From NCBI GenBank assembly GCA_035084275.1, contig CM068755.1:12648001-12712000 (forward strand): 64,000 nucleotides of DNA. The letters are read 5' to 3'. Both the position numbers and the translations under genes were made by a program. Of the stretch, positions 12,891 to 25,949 are shown one piece after another. How positions within the stretch are numbered: position 1 is the stretch's first letter; each line of letters begins with the position of its first letter. The notes beneath the pieces were generated by a model. The model saw nothing but the letters and a program-made list of their open reading frames with translations. It was not told the origin of the DNA and searched no databases. The stretch comes from Hydrolagus colliei (Eukaryota).

Positions 12891-15800
12891 CACATTACAT
12901 ATGAATGAATAGTCTTCATAACGTCTTAGTTCCATATAGTAGGCCATTATTGAAATTAGTATATCAAAAATTGGCAGTAAATAAGGAGCAAGAACTAGTT
13001 CTCATTGAAATGTTAACACACATCAAGGTGACCGTTTTTTTCCTTCCACAGTTTATAATGTTTTAATCTATCAGAGTTTATCAGAATACCTGTTGTATAG
13101 GTAGAATTTACCATCTGTATTCACAACCCTGCCTCCTTTATTCTGCTGTTTACACATGTGCAGCCTTATCTGGACAATAAAATATAACTGCACTAAAAAC
13201 TGCCTCATGAGATTTAAGACTGTAGTCTACTCTCCATTGGTACATACATGTTCAATTTAAGTTCTGCTGAATCAAGTAGATCGTTGTTCATCTTCAAATT
13301 TTGCTGACTTATTTCAATGATGGTCTTGACTGTTTCATGCATGGCAATTCACTTTACTGTATATTTTGTGAAGTGCTTTGAGACATTCATTGTCCAATCT
13401 GAAAGGTTTCTTGCTTATGAATGTACATTTGGTGTTGTACCAACTACCATATATACCTCCCCTGTACTGTACTGAACACTGAATTAATTTTTACAAAGCT
13501 TCAAAGAATGCTAGCAAAGAAACTGCATTAGATAATTAGAAATGTGTGTTCCGCTTTACGGTATAATTAGCAGAGATAAAATAATACAAGGGGCCTGATA
13601 AATATAGTCGAGTATTTCTTCCAGATTTAAGCTCCCAGGAGCATCTACTGATTCATTGCCAGTATTTTATAGGAGGTTCTGTGGTCATATTGGCACATGT
13701 CCATCAAATCATTCTTACATTTTTTCTTTTGTTTGTATTAAATGCCAACATTAAAATTAAGAACCAGCTCAGCCAAAATACATACTGAGGTGCTAGTGCT
13801 AAAAATAACCTGTCTGTTAACAAATCTGAAACAGGAATATTTAATGATAATGTCCTGGATGTTGCTGGTGATGAAGCTCTTTATACTGCCGTGCGTTTTG
13901 TTTTAGGAAAGGATTGGTAACTTAATGAGTTAAGGTTGCATTATTATGTTTGCCAACCTACACTGGCTGCATTTCAAAACAATTATTAATTGCTCATTGA
14001 CATCCATGTGGCTCATCATTTTCAAATAAATGACATGCTCTGAGTCCTGGGAGAAAATAAACAATGGAAAACTGCAGCTTTTACAAGCGTTTAAACTGTC
14101 AACAAAGTTTATAAAGTCTCAGATTGCTTGAAACACTGCAGGGAGATGGAATTCTGTGCTGTAGTTTTAAATGATTTATTTTAACCCAATATTTGATCAG
14201 TGCAGACTAATCAATAGAAATTCTGTTACACAAAAACATTTTCAAACATCAACTTGTCCAGGATTTTGTTTTAACCTACATTCGGGCCTGCACTGCAAGT
14301 TGAGAACATTTTAATTAAAGCAGGTTGTGTGAAGGACACTCAAGCTTTCCTAATACCCCCACGGCTACGTTCCACTTATTCGGTGACCTGAGGGAAAATG
14401 TATGGAAAGGTGAGGCTGCTTATGTGAACATGTCATGTGGCCTCTTCATGTTTCAACATAACAAGCAAAATGGTTGTCCAGAGTTGAACTGCAGAAAAGT
14501 TAAACTGACTTAGAATTTTTAATTCCCATTGTGTCATGTACTTCAAAGTCATACAATTGAAAGTAAATTATAGGGGTGAAGTTAGTGGCACTTCACAACA
14601 CATTCAATCTAATAAAAGAGCATCACATTGAACATTTTAAGACATGTTGCTAATTTTACTTTTGAATTTTAATCCCAGATTTGAATTTAAAGATTTTTCA
14701 TCCAGTGCTGTTTCTTTTTCTGTTACTAATAATCAATAATGGTGATTTATACAGCATGATACTCAATGCATCATTGATATTAGAGATTATACCGGCAGAC
14801 AGAAGTGGTGCTGGTGGGGGTGGAGAGTGAGGGAGAAGGAAATTGAGAGTTTAAGAGGTTGAACATTTCAAATGTGCCTGAAGATTTGGACTTTAGCAAC
14901 TATAAAGATATATATTTGCTGCTTCTGATGTTTCAAATTCTTATGTAAAGTGTTTATTTCATCCCAAAACTGTCCAGTTAAATCTGGCTTCTTTGGTGAC
15001 ATAAAGTAGGCGGGTTCTCGAAATTGTGCAGGTGAGAAAGAAAGAGCAGGAAGTATTTCAAGACAGGTCTGACCAGATCCTAGTGAGTTTATCACTAGCC
15101 ATGTATGAAGTTGGAGGGGGAAACTGTAAGGTGAGAACATTTTAATTAAGGCAGCTCGCTTGCAGGACACAATACTCAAGAACTCCCATTGCCTAACGGC
15201 TACCTTCTACTTATTAAGTGTCCTCGGGCAAAATATATGAAAGAGGATGGAAGCAAAGCTGAGTGCTGACCGGCTGTGAGGGAAGATGTGAAATGTTTGG
15301 AGGTAAATACATCACAATGCCTGTCACCTCATTATTTTACCATCAACTGAAGTTGTGGATAGAGTTCGGTAAATGTTACAAAAGCACTAAATGTTGTTAG
15401 TGCATGATGTGAGATGGTATCTAATTAGCAGGTGATTATCACCGGCATGGGATTTTAGTGATGCTCCTGACAGGTAACTGGGCAGCACCCAGAGCAAAGT
15501 GAAATAATAATGCGCCCCAACCCTGAAGCAGCAATCTGCTGTTTCTTTGGTGACAATTGGACGAGCATGGAAGAGGCATAGGACTGATGCTACCATTGTC
15601 TTCTTCTTCATTTGTATTCAAAACTCAAACCAATCAGTCAAAGTCATAAGCCGGAGATTGGCAATTTGGCTTCACGCAAAATCTGATAAACTTCACACCC
15701 ATGGATTCTCGGTTACAGGAGGAAACAATGTTTCATTGATTCACGAGCAAGAAGTGTTAACAAAAGTACATTTCCCGTAAACTCCTGTATTTGTTGACAA

Positions 15801-16420
15801 TGCCATTCCATTCCATTTATGTTTCCGTGGTACATCCAGTGCATGTGCAGACATGATTTCCAAAGAATAGTTCTGTGAAATGAGCTTCGACACAGCCAGC
15901 GAGATGAATCACATAGGAGTTAATTAGCACATTTTGATCGCAGTAGTTCAGCATGCGATAGAACGAATTGGAAGCATCACGTCACTTTAAATGCAGCTAC
16001 TGCAGCGAGCATGATAAGCTGTTTATGAGGTAAGCAGTTCTGGACTTCTTGAAAGCAAATGAGAAAGATTCTTTGTGTGAGCTGTCTGTGTGTTATATAC
16101 AGATCACTCACATCTGAAGCTACAGGGAATTGTCATCTTGTATTGTAAGAACTACCACCTCAGGCTACACCCTGAGATAGAAGCCGGCGTGGCAACCGTT
16201 ACAACCATTGGGTCACTGGTTGCAAAGAAAGTCCTACAGAGAAGGATTACAGGGTTTAAGCTTTGTCTCTCAGTTATGTCAGCAGCTGTTTAATAAAATG
16301 GTTTGTAAGCTAAACGCTCTTGGTATATTAACTAATAAAGGGCAAGAGCTCTTTCTGATGGATATTTGGCCCACACTTTCCCTACTGATCGAACAGAAAT
16401 AATGCAACCCCCAAGTGCTT

Positions 16421-16540
16421 CAACAACATTGACAATTTGTGTTTATTTAGTGCCTTTCACGTCAGCTGGACATCTCAAAGCACTTCACACAACTGACTAA
16501 GGACCTGAGTTGGGTGAGTGGGAACCGAGTAAAGACTATG
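16421..16540 (-). mobile_element. L2-type 3' end
   Basis: CAACAACA...TTTATTTAGTGCCTTTCACGTCAGCTGGACATCTCAAAGCACTTCAC. Confidence 0.65.
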
Positions 16541-17140
16541 TCTGTGGGTGGTTGAGGAGTTATGACTCCAGAGAATGAAGTTAAACAAGTCAAATCTAAA
16601 AAAAATCCTTTACATAAAATGATCAAGGCACCCAAGCACTATTTTTAAAAGAATATTCTCTAGCCATCTCATTTGAACATATTGAGGTTATTTCAGAATG
16701 CAGTAGCAAATTGAGGCAATATCTTATTTGTGATGCAAACCCAGGAGATACAGGTTCTTCAAGGGATTTAATCTAGGATCCTGGAGTTATTCCCACTATA
16801 ACCCTTGCTCATTTGTATTAACTTGTGTTAACACATGGCTATACACCTACACACATGTATACACATGCATGTACACTTTTATAATTGTCTTGGAATCATT
16901 GTCCATCAAGTTAGGTTGACAACACCTAAAATCAATGTTTCACAGCACTTTGAAACATCCTTTGAGAATGAAAGATGGTTTATAAATGTAAATTGTATTG
17001 CGAAGTTCTGATGAAGAAGGCCCCCCAACACATTCTTCCAAACTATCCATCCTCCTACTTTTCCATCACTTGTTTTACAAGTTCCATGCCGCAATACTCT
17101 TCTGATTAATTTGTTCTAATCATTAATACTTCCTGGTGTC

Positions 17141-17337
17141 TGGTTGCTGGATCCATCCACATCTTCAAAAGTATGGTTGATAAATTTTTGATAGGTGTTA
17201 AGAGATATGTGGAGAAAGCGTGAAATTGGAATTATTAGATCAGGATTAATAGAATCAGATCAGCTGTGATCCACTTAAATGGTGGAACAGGTTCGATGGA
17301 CTGAATGGGCTACTCCTATCCCTGTGCTTCTATGTTT
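17141..17337 (+). mobile_element. CR1 LINE 3' end, degenerate
   Basis: IFKSMVDKFL-like C-terminus, then GATCAGCTGTGATC...AATGGTGGAACAGGTTCGATGGACTGAATGGGCTACTCCT...CTTCTATGTT, a CR1-type 3'UTR. Confidence 0.7.
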
Positions 17338-18697
17338 GTCCTCAAATTGCCGAAAACCTATGCCCTCTTTTCCTGCTGTCCTGCTACAACTGAAAGTGGA
17401 CGGAATTTCAACAGTGCAGTCAATCCTGACATTGGTAAGTACAGTATTACCAGGAAATAATACTGAAAACCAAAAGTATGCTAGAAATGGGAGGCTCTCT
17501 TATCCAGTAAGAGATTTAAAAGAAGGCTGAATCACTATTGACCTGGGAAAAGGACTATCATTTAAAACAATGCAATATAACTATTTGCTAGGGCAGTTCA
17601 AGGAAATGACAATAGTTGGGTAGCAGTTCCTCAAAAATGGTGCATTGGTAGAATTTCCTGTAACACGTTAGATCGCGAATAATGCTGGGAAAATCCATCA
17701 AGCTTAATGTCTGTCATTAATTTTTGCTCTCAGTTAAAACATGGAGGGAGGCCTTCTCCTTACCCCCAAAACAAACCACTTTTATTTGTGATTTGAATCA
17801 TTTTCATTAACCATACTTTTCTCAGTAAACTGGAATTTCATACACATCTCTCAGCTGTCCTTCTGCATCCAATGACTATGAATTCAAGAAGGTATTTAAG
17901 GCAGATGTGATTTCTGAGGAATTTGCTCTTGCTTCCGGATTTTCAGAACTTCCTGCATACACAAGCATTGACCTGGTAGCAAGATATCCACATGGTTAAT
18001 AGCCATTCAATGCATCATGTATTCATGAAGGTGCAGTTGGTCAGAGGTCAATGCAAACTCTTTGGGAATAGCAGAACTCCTTGAGAATTGCAGCGTTGCA
18101 AAATAATCTGCAACTGGAAATGTCAAAAAGTTAGGACCTATAGTTTTCCAGATGGGACTTTTTGTTGTTGTTCTTGCTGAGACCATAAAATGGATCTTTT
18201 CGTTTGTCGTTCAGGTTTATCCCCAGAGACCACATGCAAGGTAACTACTCAGTTAGAAAGGCAATGCAAGATCAGATTCAAGTTAATGCTGTTCAAAAGG
18301 TTAGAAGGTTAAAAGCTCTAAAGGCTAAACAGAGGCTTATGCAAGGAAAGGGTTAAGTGCACAGAGGAAAAGGTATGTCATTTATCTCAAATATCTGATA
18401 AATTAACCAGATTTTTGTCATGATTTGAAGAATCATACAACATAATTTTCCACAATTTTACATGTATTATGTGTTTGATGGGATTTTACCTATCTGTGCA
18501 GAATGCAAGGAATGCCTACCTTGGGATGTAAAATATTAACTCTTTAAAAGATGCAATTTTTCTTTGTAGTTTCATCAGTTTACATTGACTCATATCAAGT
18601 GTCATTTGCTTTTGAAAGTGAACAAACTGAAGCACATTTCTGTTTCTTAAATTTAAATAGAAATTACGATCAGAAGAAAGGAGTTTTCGTAGATTAA

Positions 18698-19673
18698 CAT
18701 AGATTCATAGATTCATAGAATTTTACGGCACAAAAGGAGGCCATTCGGCCCATCTAGTCTGTGCCGGCTCTTTGAAAAGAGCGATTCAATCCCACTGCCC
18801 TGCCCGCTCCCCATAGCCTAATAGACCTGTTCTCCCTAAATAAAGATCTAATTCCCTTTTAAAAGTTGTTATCGAATCAGCCTCCACCACCTTTTCAGGC
18901 AATGCATTCCAGATTCGAACAACTCGCTGAGTGAAAACATTTCTCCTCAGCTCCCCTCTACTTCGCCTTGAAACTATTTTAAATCTGTGACCACGAGTCA
19001 CAGATTCACCCACGAGTGGAAATAGTTTTTCTCTATTTGCCCTGTTGAAACCCCTCATGATCTTATAAACCTCTATTAGGTCTCCCCTCAATCTTCTCTG
19101 CTCCAGAGAGAATAACCCTAGCCTATCTAGCCTCTCCTCATAGCTGAAGTCCCTCAATCCTGGCACCATCCTAGTAAATCTTCGTTGTACCCTTTCCAAT
19201 GCCTTCACATCCTTTCTGTAGTGTGGTGACCAGAATTGAACACAGTATTCCAGCTGAGGCCTCACCAAAGTCTTATAGAGGTTAGTCAGCACTTCCTGAC
19301 TTTTGTACTCTATACCCCTATTTATAAAGCCTAGTATCCCATATGCCTTCTTAACAGCCTTGTCTACCTGCCCTGCCACCTTCAACGAGTCACTAACACA
19401 AATCCCCAGGTCTCTCTGTTCCTTCACACCATTTAAAATTGTACTATCTAGCCTATATTGCCTCCCTTCATTTCTTCTCCCCAAATGCATCACCTCACAC
19501 TTCTCTGCATTAAACTTCATCTGCCATGTGTCTGCCCACTTTACCAATTTGTCTATATCCTCTTGCAGATGGCTACTATCCTCCTCACTATTTACTATTC
19601 TCCCTAACTTAGTGTCATCTGCAAACTTGGAAACTGTACTCCGTACACCCAAGTCCAGATCATTGATGTAGAT
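18698..19673 (-). mobile_element. Young 5'-truncated CR1 LINE (~975 bp)
   Basis: Uninterrupted ORF2 C-terminal frame; 3'UTR hairpin GGCACA...GGCCGAATGGCC...TGTGCC; terminal 8-bp repeat (ATGAATCT)n; possible short TSD or microhomology GTAGAT (18689-18694 and 19668-19673). Confidence 0.95.
18786..19673 (-). CDS. CR1 ORF2 fragment: C-terminal half of reverse transcriptase plus C-terminal region (no true start, 5'-truncated)
   Basis: IYINDLDLGVRSTVSKFADDTKL (catalytic FADD), WQMKFNAEKCEVMHLG, LYKTLVRPQLEYCVQFWSP, LFSLEQRRLRGDLIEVYKIM are hallmark CR1 ORF2 motifs; no stop over ~295 codons. Confidence 0.9.
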   Translation of the reverse strand: MYINDLDLGVRSTVSKFADDTKLGRIVNSEEDSSHLQEDIDKLVKWADTWQMKFNAEKCEVMHLGRRNEGRQYRLDSTILNGVKEQRDLGICVSDSLKVAGQVDKAVKKAYGILGFINRGIEYKSQEVLTNLYKTLVRPQLEYCVQFWSPHYRKDVKALERVQRRFTRMVPGLRDFSYEERLDRLGLFSLEQRRLRGDLIEVYKIMRGFNRANREKLFPLVGESVTRGHRFKIVSRRSRGELRRNVFTQRVVRIWNALPEKVVEADSITTFKRELDLYLGRTGLLGYGERAGQWD

Positions 19674-20454
19674 GTGAGCATTTTTTCAGAAACAAAACTT
19701 TAACCCGCTAGATTCCATTCAGTTTGCCTTTTTCAGACTGTTTTGTGGGAACTGCCATTTTTATTCTCTCTTCACATCCTTCCCTAATTTACATATTTCC
19801 TACTTTTATTTCTTTTGGCAAGGAAAGCTGCAGGTGGTGGGGTTAGATCTATATCATAGTACCTTGAATACCAAATTACTTTGGAACACAGAGTAAACAA
19901 ACTGTTGCCAAGTTTGTCCTGTGTTGTATAGTGTTACTGCACATTTATTGCTGATTGCACAATGTTACAACTGCAGTAATTTAACACTTACGATAATTAC
20001 TGTTCCTCCACTTTGTCCACATAATATTGAACACAGCTTTAATGAAATATCGTATGTTGTGTAAAACACTATTTAATAAGGGAAGGATTACCTTTCAGGG
20101 AATCAGACTGAAAGTTGTACCTGCTAGTGACTTTAAGCATCCTTGTTCCAGGATATCACAAATCTGTTTAAATACGAAACTTACAAATGCAAAACTGATT
20201 CAACAACAACAACATTGGCCATGCTTCAATCATAGATGATTTTGGAGTCATAAAATACCACTAGCTTTGTAGTATACAGTATTGTATTACATAATTTTCT
20301 TAAAGAGACAGGTACCCACATTTATATTTGGAATCAAATATGCTGATGGTGTTTCCTGCTATGGACTGTTGAAGTAAGTTATGATGTATTGAGGGAACTG
20401 CACTCTGATGCCATCTATGGTTTGAAATGAAGTTCCTACTGATCTGGAGAATAT

Positions 20455-20628
20455 ATAATAATCCTTGAATTTGATATAGAATCTTTCACGTCTTCTAGAC
20501 GTCTCAAAGCGCTTCACAGAATATACTGTAAAGTGAATTGACCGTTTTTTTTAATGTGGACAGAAAATGGCAGCCAATGATGCACAGCAGTGTCCCACAA
20601 ACAATTGTGGATTAAAATAACCAATTTA
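20455..20628 (-). mobile_element. tRNA-SINE, 5'-truncated (TTA-tail family)
   Basis: TCACGTCTTCTAGACGTCTCAAAGCGCTTCACAGAATATACTGTAAAGTGAATTGAC...GCACAGCAGTGTCCCACAAAC. Confidence 0.9.
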
Positions 20629-20817
20629 CTATTGTATTTTCAGAGTATGTCACCTTACCAGAAGGACACTCAGATTGACACTCAGAGTCCTTATTAACCA
20701 ACCCCATTAGAAATGGCCTCAAATTAAACTGCTGCTTTCATGAAACTACCCTAAAAACAGTTCTTATGATTGTGTTTCACAAGATGAACCAACTCTGTAC
20801 ACATAATGTAAGGATAT

Positions 20818-20885
20818 CAACAATAACAACAACAAAATTACATTTGTATTGCTCCTTTCACATCGGGAGGACGTCCAAAGGCGCT
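20818..20885 (-). mobile_element. L2-type 3' tail
   Basis: (CAA)n...CCTTTCACATCGGGAGGACGTCCAAAGGCGCT; same family as 2658-2717. Confidence 0.75.
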
Positions 20886-23800
20886 GGAATAACAGGAGAT
20901 AAAACAGGTGCATATGTACTGAAACCAAAACTTAAATCAGATACAGGAAAAACCTGTGACATGTTTTATGTATTTTAATTTTAATCTGAAATGCCAACTG
21001 GTTACCAGTCTTTAGGGGAAGAAATCTGAACTTTGAAGACTTTGAAATGAGGTAGCACAAAAGGACAAGCCTGCAATGTGAAACGTATTTTCATTGGCTA
21101 GGAAACAGGGGAGATATATACAATTCAGACCTTTTAATGATAATACAATGAGATGATGTAAGGAGGCTAGTAGATTAATACTACATGTTATTAGTATTAT
21201 TTGGCTGAATTCAAGGCTGTCCTCTTTTATTATATGAGATAAGAACTCATGAAATACCGTAATTTCTCTGTGAAATGTGCCTTTTATTTTGCAGTTTTGA
21301 GTTTAAGAGCTATTTTTTGCTTTTTACTGCCTGAGTGCGAAAAGCCACACTCGTTAACAAAGGTTAAGTGGCTCATTAATGGTCATTAAGATTGTAAATT
21401 AGCATAATTTCATCTAACTTACCATTGAAAGCTAAGTTACTGCCAGTGATAAATTATTTTGGAAAACATGCACACATAACTCTTACAGATCAGTGGTAAA
21501 TATTGTTGTTTGCACATCTTTATCAATCATACATCACTTGCTGGCCTTACAGTTTGATACCTCTCCAAGTGAGTAATTATAGAACCGCTTTGTAATATGT
21601 AAATGAAACGAATTATTTTTGGATGTGATACAAGTCTAATGTTACAAATACCACTACAAAGTCGAAAATAGGCAGCGAGGTAAGCTGACTGATATTTGAC
21701 TCTGACCAAGAATCTGCAGTGCGTATTTAAAAACTAACTTCTACTACTTAATCGTTATCATATGAAACTAGGAGATGAGGTGAGGCAATTCAGAATTTAA
21801 ATACTACTACTACTAATAATGATAATAAATATGTTTGATACATCCAGTGTCGCATCATCGAAATGTCTCAAAGCACTTGATAGGATTTATTGCAAAGTGT
21901 AACTGCATTTGCAGGCATCTTTAATGCCCAAAGTGATGCACAATACTCTTATGCAACTGAACATTTTCCATTTCATTTGTCTTTGGACATAATCATTGTT
22001 TAAGACTTTAACAACTGTAGTTCATGTTTGCATAACAATAAATACAAATGTGTATTTGAAATAAACTCTTGCTGATTCAGATATTATTGTGAATACAGAA
22101 TTGTTTGATAATTATATCTCCCTTTAACATTGCTTAACAATACTCACCATTAGAAATTAATGCAGCCTAATTTGCAATGTTTCTTACTGGGGTTTCTTAT
22201 TAAGAATTCCCTTTGACTCGTGGGAATGGCACTTACACAGCAATCATGTGGAGTTTAGCTCCCACAGCTCAGAGTGATAAGCGATCTGCTTAAGGGGCTC
22301 GCCATTCATGTAACTCAGATTCCTTATTGAGCCATCCTGCAGAGAAATAGCACAAAATAGACCCTATGAAGTGCTCACAAATCAGAGTCCTTTGTTGTCA
22401 GATTGTTTAAATATTTGTCTTAAAACCTCTGGAATTATAGTTCAGCTAATTTTACACTTGTTACTCACCCTGCAGCTGAAAAGAGATCTCAATCCAACAC
22501 ATTGTATAGCCAGATAGAGATAGATAGGGTTACAAGAATAAATGGTATAATATCTTGTTCTCATACTGCAGGACTCTCATTGTGCTTAATCTATCCTCGT
22601 GGTGCCTCTCAAATATGATGCGCACTAACTTTATTCTTTAAAATAATATTACAGGTGAGCAGTTAAATGTCTGATGATGTTTCGTACTCCCAGCGGGCTA
22701 AGTTGATCATCTTCATTTGTCTGATCATTGATCATCAAAATAATCATGGAGATTAAGGATTATCATTATTGCTGCTTTCAGAAACATCTGCATGTCCAAA
22801 CCCATGTGTAAGCTAAATCATTCTGCACTGAATTCCCTCAAACAAAAACCTATAACAATATTTCTCCATCAATATACACCAAATTGTAGTTTTGCTGGAA
22901 GGGATGGTTAAAATTCACAGCTCATCAGATGATCACCTTCAGTGGAACAGTTTCTTTTACATCTCAATTTGTTTCAGGGATTTGCTGTTCACCTCAGCTG
23001 GAGGTGTGACTCATTAGTGCTACTACACTCCCACAGCACTTCAGCTTTACAGCAGGCATTTGATATTGCTATGAAGCATCACTGGGTCAGGTTAGGTACC
23101 GTCAGACACTAATGGTCAAGCTTTGGGATAGACAGCAGTGGAGTTGCAATCAGACTCATATGCCAATAAAGCTGAGTTTTGAAAAATTAGAAAGATACAT
23201 TCATTAGAAAAATAATACTGATGCACTGTGATAAGTTATCTATTGTTACATTAAGGCAACTAAGCCTATCTATCCATAGATATAACTAAACAAGTGTTAA
23301 AACAAATTACTGTGATTTGTTACTCAGAATGATGGACCAATTTGTAATGATCTTTCAAATAGATTTTTACATGTCAGTCAGTGGTAGGAAGGAAACTATA
23401 AGGTATGTATCAGGTACCTGGAGAGAGGCATGTTAACAACATAACAGGAAACTCAGAAAGCGAGAGTAACACTGGAACTGATATCTAAGGAACAGTGTGA
23501 GGGCACTCTCTTCATTCAAAACTGGCAATTCTGGTGGTGGTGTTGGTAGGGATGTGGGGAAGATTCAGAAAAGTTGACTATGTATGTACCGCTGGTGTTA
23601 TAACAGTGATTTTGCCTGCCAGGTCACTTTATGCCACTTTATGTCACTCACTTTGTGTTTATAAATAGGTGTAAATATATGTACGGCAAATTCTTTATCA
23701 TAAATGCTGAATCCTTCTGAAGATGTAGCTGTCCTCTATTATAATAATGTCAGAGCACTGAATATATCTTTAAAAATAAGGTATTGTTGTAAAATTATAT

Positions 23801-25949
23801 TGACCGTACCAAATACTGTAATAAACAGCAACATATGCAAAATATGCTGTTTTAAATCTTCATTAATATTGAACCTATTAAACTCTGGATATAATGCTGT
23901 TATTGCCTTTATCTCTGCTTCATTATTGTTCACATTTTGTTTTGCTGACATATTTTACACAAATGCATAGCTCATTCAATGATAAAAATAATGCAAATAT
24001 TATTATTATTATTTGTTAGTGCATTGTGTGATATGGCAACTGCATAATGTGGTTCTGGAAACATCGGTAGGCGTTTCCTTGTGACCCGCTATGTGGCGTG
24101 CAGCATTGTTCCCTGATGTTGCACATGTGTTGCTTGCTGAAGATAGATTCAACTGTGTTTATGCCATGGGTAAATCTGCAGGCATGGGCAGCTAATGTCT
24201 CTGGAAAGGCCAAGGATGAAAGAGTCAAGATCACCGAACAACACGCTCAGATATGTAGGCATAAATAATTCCTGCCATTATACTGAACTTGCAATGTTGG
24301 GGTCCGAATGTCAGTTGAACAGAACTAAAAAATATTAATATGCGGTGAATTGGGATTGTACTGTGCAGGATATGTTGTTTGCCAACAAATATTCTTTGCT
24401 GCGTTTCACAGAGTAAAATGATCTGTACATTCCTTCATTCGTCTTTCATTATAAATTCACTGTGTGGCTACATTAAAAAAAATCTCCCGAATAGTCCTGC
24501 TTTGGAAAATTTAAATTACTGTCTTGAAATATTGCCTTCAATCAGCACAAAAAGGGAAAATATGCGAGTAAGCCTGGGATGGGGTGAAAGAGAGGAACTT
24601 TCAGCCGTGGAATAGCTGAATGCCTGCCTTTAATGTTTTGTTTTTGGATTTCTTTCACTTTTTCTCAATGATGAGGTAGGGGGCAGCTGCCTTGGCCCCG
24701 TTTCCTGTGGCAAGGACATCTACCAGTCTCTGTTGTCAGTTTGCCTGAGGAAGAATTCTCTTGTGTTGGAGTTTCTACTGGCAGACAGACAGGCCTTGAC
24801 AGAATATCACTGGGAGGCAGCAGGGCAGCAGAGGAGCAGAAAGAGCCTGAGCTGATGATCCCTCTAGAGCACCAGAGCTCAAAAATCGTCAGGAGAGGTT
24901 TGACAGGCAACATTTGTGCAGCAAGCTGGGGAATCAGACGCCAAGGTGAAATGGCAGATCTGCACCAATGCAGAGACACACTGGGACAGTTTGCCCACCT
25001 TCTTGCCTAAAATCTCCAGATGGATACAAATCCTGTCAAACCTGTGTTGCTCAGAAGCTTCATGAAATTCTGTGCAACGGGATCATTATGCGGAGGTTCC
25101 TGATGGTAAAGGGGACTTATTCCTGGGGAGGAGACAAAGACCATGCTCCAAAGGAGTGTGTTAAAGCTAGAGAGGCGGGACAGCTGAAAGACAGGCACAT
25201 TGACCCTCCTTATCTGATTCTGAAGCTGGAACTTGTTCTGTTGCTGGAGGCAAAAATGCGCATGCACACTCACACACGCACACACATTGACTATTGGCAG
25301 AGGAATTTCTCTCATTAGAGCCTGAGATGGTGTGGAGCATCAGCTGTACCTGCCAGTGAGGTTGTGAGATGAGGGTTACCAATATGAGGTCTGTGGTGAC
25401 ATAGACTCCATCTTCTGTGAACACAGTAAAGAACTGTAAAATATGAATAGACATGGTTGTGCCTTCATTAGATGTGAAAACCTTATGGCGGCCTGAGTGG
25501 GATTTGGAAACTTACCAAGTGAACATGAGTTTCTTAAAGAGATACCGTCAGGGTCACTGAAGAGGGAGGAACCTTGCACAACCTTTTAATCCCATTGAAC
25601 ATATGCGAGCGATGATACTTTGGTGGCACAATTATGCCTTTCGCTGTAATTTGTTTAACCAAATAAAGCAATTGGCAGACACCCAAAAGCCTTGCTGAAT
25701 TTTTTTTCATACTGACACTGCTCCTTTAACACATTAAATCCTATCTGCATAGTAGCAGCACTTTGTGTCTCAACCACTTTATACATGTACAGTTATTACT
25801 GTTTCATTGTATGTAACACTGATTGTTAAAAATTAACCACACTTACAGGGATTTTCCATTGTATGTGTGGTATGGGCTTACTATCTTTGTGGATTTATAA
25901 TTGATTCAGATATATTCTAGGAAACCTTCCAAAGTTGACTGCAGCTATT

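Noticed and set aside
18215-18240. 26-nt segment between a good acceptor and AAG|GTAACT
   Set aside because: Length is not a multiple of 3 and there is no other support.
19303-19671. 122-aa + strand ORF
   Set aside because: Antisense shadow of the CR1 RT frame.
20385-20430. CTCF-like CCATAGATGGCA
   Set aside because: Poor 5' half, and it appears to lie in a decayed SINE head remnant.
23704-23970. Protein-looking 70-aa (-) and 88-aa (+) ORFs
   Set aside because: AT-rich, no homology recognised, within the chance expectation for short ORFs.
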